Shown here piece after piece: positions 61,301 through 64,000 of a stretch of DNA of 64,000 nucleotides; position 1 is the stretch's first letter; each line of letters starts with the position of its first letter. The notes under the pieces are model-generated. The model ran no database searches. It worked only from the letters and a program-made list of their open reading frames with translations, and was not told the DNA's origin. The position numbers and the translations under genes were made by a program. This DNA is from Zygnema circumcarinatum SAG 698-1b (taxonomy: Eukaryota > Plantae > Zygnematophyceae): contig CM074804.1 in assembly GCA_037447605.1 (NCBI GenBank), forward strand, positions 7,851,909 to 7,915,908, written 5' to 3'.

Positions 61301-64000
61301 GAGTTATAAAGGTCCTGGAAAACTTGGTCGTAAGGGCCCGCATAGCACTGAAGGTCTAAAAAAGAACGGTGGAAAACATAAAGTTGGAAAGACTTTGTTA
61401 CTGGACTTCACTGAGCGGGGAGTGGCCGGCTGCAAAATAAGACAATTGTTGTTTGTCGTAAGGAATGGATTTGGGTGGAGCAAGGAGGGAGGTGTGGGCG
61501 AAGGCGGGGAATAGGAACTGGTAGAGTACGGTAGAGAATTCGCGAGAGGGAAGGATACGCTGTAGACGACAGAGTCTACTAAAGGCAGCCTCATACACAC
61601 ATTCCTCAAACTTAAAGCTCCATTCCTAAATCTCTAAAGCTCAAACATGTTAAGCTTACCCAATCGCCATTAAGGGGAAAAAGTAAATGAGTGAAGCTCC
61701 TATTTTAACCCTTCTTTTGGCCGTGCAGGGACACAAAGGTTTCAGAGTCTGCTATCAGCTTCGCGCTGAGTGTTCTATCTTTGGGGATTCGCGGAAAGGC
61801 AGATGGGAGCTTCCCTGACTCCCCTGCAGGGACCTCCTTGGAGCCCGCCCTAGAGGGAGCAATGGGAGTGTTAGAGCTTGCTGCAGCGACGAGGTGGGTC
61901 ATTCTCTCCTTCCACGTTTGTTGGGAGAGAGAAGAGAGACATATGATGACGCTTTGATGGCATTTGATCAAAGCGAGAAATCGTAAGAAATGGGCTTCCT
62001 CAACAGGTGTAATGTATCCAGTGCAAATGAACACATGGCACGTGAACTCAAGGAGATGTTCAGTGTATCTGGGGTTCACCGCGTTTCAGTAAACTGTAGG
62101 AAAGAGAGTGAGAAAGAGGGAGGGAGTACGGCTGTGGGTGTGTAGGGAGGGGCGTCACATTCTGCGGGACGATGTGAGGTGGCGGAAGGGTTTTTGGTGG
62201 GCTCTCTGCTCCTCCGCGGGAGCACACATGGCGGAGCCGGAGAAGGGCCCGAGCCCCGTCGCATTCAGTGCATTGGACTGCCTCAATCACTTCTCAGGGG
62301 ATGTGGAACTCTGCTACCGCGTTGTTAAGCAGGTAATTATACCCCCCCCCCACAACACATACACTCTCTCTCGCCCTCTCTGTGTCTCTCTCCCCCTTGC
62401 TGTCCTTCCCTCCTATATTCCCTTCCTCCCTTCCGCCCTCCCTCCCTCTTTCCTGCGCCTACTTGGCTGGTTTTTTCGATCTGTAGTAGTTCGAGGGAAG
62501 GGCTGGTTTGTCTTTTTTTTTTTTTCTCAATCTTAAAGCATTACAACCCTGCATCCTGCAACTCTATCCACTACCTCACAATTCTGACCTTTTGAAAGCT
62601 TGTTTTCTCTCTTCCCCAGGGGCTTCTGCTCCCCTTGCTGCTCTTGACAGTCCCCTTGGAGGAAACCCTTCCCTCCCTCAGAGAGAGACTCTCCTCTCCC
62701 TCAGAGGTGGACTCTCGCCCTATTGAACAGGTGGCAGCTGAAGTCCTCCGTACTCTCGCAGTGACTCTCGACCAAGCTCCGGAAATGGACCCAAGTCCTC
62801 GCCTTCAGTTTGAGACGGGAATTCTTGCAACTGTCATTCCTCTCGCTATGCTTACCAGCTTGAAGAATCCCGATGCAGGAGCTGCCAAGTTCATGGCTAT
62901 GGCTACCACGGATTTGTCGCAGCCAACAGCTATTTGGAACAGGGAGGTTCGGACAGAGCTGAGAAGGAAGGTAGTGGAGAGAGTGAAGGAGCACAACCTG
63001 CAGCAGGCGACGGGTGTTCTCACTACAGACGATGAGTTGAAGTGGTTGGAGGAGTTCAGGTGCGCATGTTTACTTTCACTGCGCTCTCCTCCTGCTGCTC
63101 CTTTCAAGTCACTTTCAGTTCACTTTAGCAAATCAGCTGCACATTCATACTTCCAAAGGAGATGAAATGAAAAGCCTTTCACTAATCCCCCTCCTTTCTT
63201 CACTACTCTTTTTCTTTTCTCTGAATGCGGGTATGCAGTTACGACGCGCTGAAGGACGAGATGGTAATTTCGGGAGTCTTTGTGAAGGGCTATGCGACGG
63301 GTCACTGGCAACATTTTGACCTTCCCGATGGACGCGCCTTTTTGGAGTCCCTTCAGGCCTACTTAGAGGCCAACCGCCACATTCTCCTCCCTCCCCACCA
63401 GCGACACTTGGAGAACGGAGGAGTCACTCCCGACTCTCACACTCCTCCCGTGGAGAATGGAGGGAGGCCGGTGGGAGGGAAGGTGAAGCTTCCCTCTACC
63501 GAGGAGGACTTTCTCATCGCCATGGCTGCTCTGGGGGAGTGTCTCCGATATGCTGTGGAGGACAGTAAGAAGGGAATGCTGCTCCAAGTGAGGTATCCTC
63601 TCCTTGCCGAGGTTCTTATGAAGGGTGCTCATATTCCTGCTGCTCAGATGGAAGTAGCCGCCATAGCCCAAGTCCTTGCAGGCCATGTTACAGCGCAAGA
63701 GGAGCTCCTTCCTTCTCCTCTTCTTCCTGTAATGGCCCAAAAGCTGTGGGAAGGCCTTGTCTCTCCCGATGACAAAGCCCACGAAGTCTCGAGTTCAATT
63801 CTCGATGCTTTCTTGGAACTCAGTCAGGAAATGCCCGCCACCATTGCTGCGACAAACTACTTCTCCAGCAGTGGAGCCCTGCTCCTCATTTTAGCCCTTT
63901 TCCTTGATGCGGAATTGCCCTCCTTTGGTGGAGACGTTGAAGATCTGAAGTCTCCTAGAAGTCACCCAAAAGCAAAAGAATCTGGGCAGCTAGTCGCTGC
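49354..64000 (+). CDS. Divergent RME-8 / DNAJC13 / GRV2(KAM2)-like endosomal scaffold protein; the 3' end runs off the window
   Basis: About 30 in-frame exons from ATG 49354, e.g. 49354-49660, 49999-50123, 50251-50412 ... 56996-57169, 57428-57545, 59979-60174, 60300-60406, 60649-60735, 62620-63059, 63239-64000. IWN-type repeats: STPVLVWNDFKRQELLKFLREEV; DSPELIWNKEMKARLVEKL...ALFIYQPRPAIEYPELADTIFVAPLYLHNLLDVERFPNHQVADP; QPTAIWNREVRTEL...EFSYDALKDEMVISGVFV. These match the RME-8 repeats as recalled. Confidence 0.85.
52081..52615 (+). repeat. Long polypurine tract: (GGGA)n plus a 24-bp GAGGGAAAGGGAGAGAAGGCGAGG minisatellite, in an RME-8-like intron
   Basis: About 530 nt of almost pure A/G on the + strand; the 24-bp unit repeats ~4.5 times at 52351-52461. 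Confidence 0.95.

Noticed and set aside
1-64000. A functional gene cluster spanning the window
   Set aside because: The genes cover unrelated processes (nuclear export, snRNA processing, nuclear envelope, ion transport, signalling, endosomes); no shared pathway is supported.

Overview
Intron-rich eukaryotic genomic DNA. The gene families (SLAC1/SLAH, plant-type NEMP, SIEL/INTS4, plant-type LRR receptor kinase) point to a streptophyte green plant. The kinase motifs WAVKRAK and [10 protein letters not shown] suggest a streptophyte alga, possibly a zygnematophyte; this is inference. Eight protein-coding loci were assembled by hand from splice sites: the 3' part of exportin-7 (+), a small F-box-like gene (-), INTS4/SIEL (+), NEMP (+), a SLAC1/SLAH anion channel (-), an ankyrin-BTB protein (-), a 21-LRR receptor kinase with one LRR per exon (-), and the 5' part of a divergent RME-8/DNAJC13-like gene (+). 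Highlights: (1) a nested transposon, where a loop-less ~620-bp palindrome with an 8-bp target-site duplication carries a TA-flanked MITE exactly at its symmetry axis, and a relative of that MITE sits in a kinase intron; (2) an RME-8 paralogue that keeps the IWN repeats but appears to lack the J domain and the GYF_2 domain; (3) an LRR-RLK with an island-like insert exactly four LRRs before the C-cap and a block of LRR exons of a different class; (4) very dense bZIP sites (G-box/ABRE, TGACGTCA) over the SLAC 5' region and the ankyrin-BTB promoter. No tRNA, rRNA or CRISPR array was recognised. All homology calls come from recalled family motifs, not from database searches.
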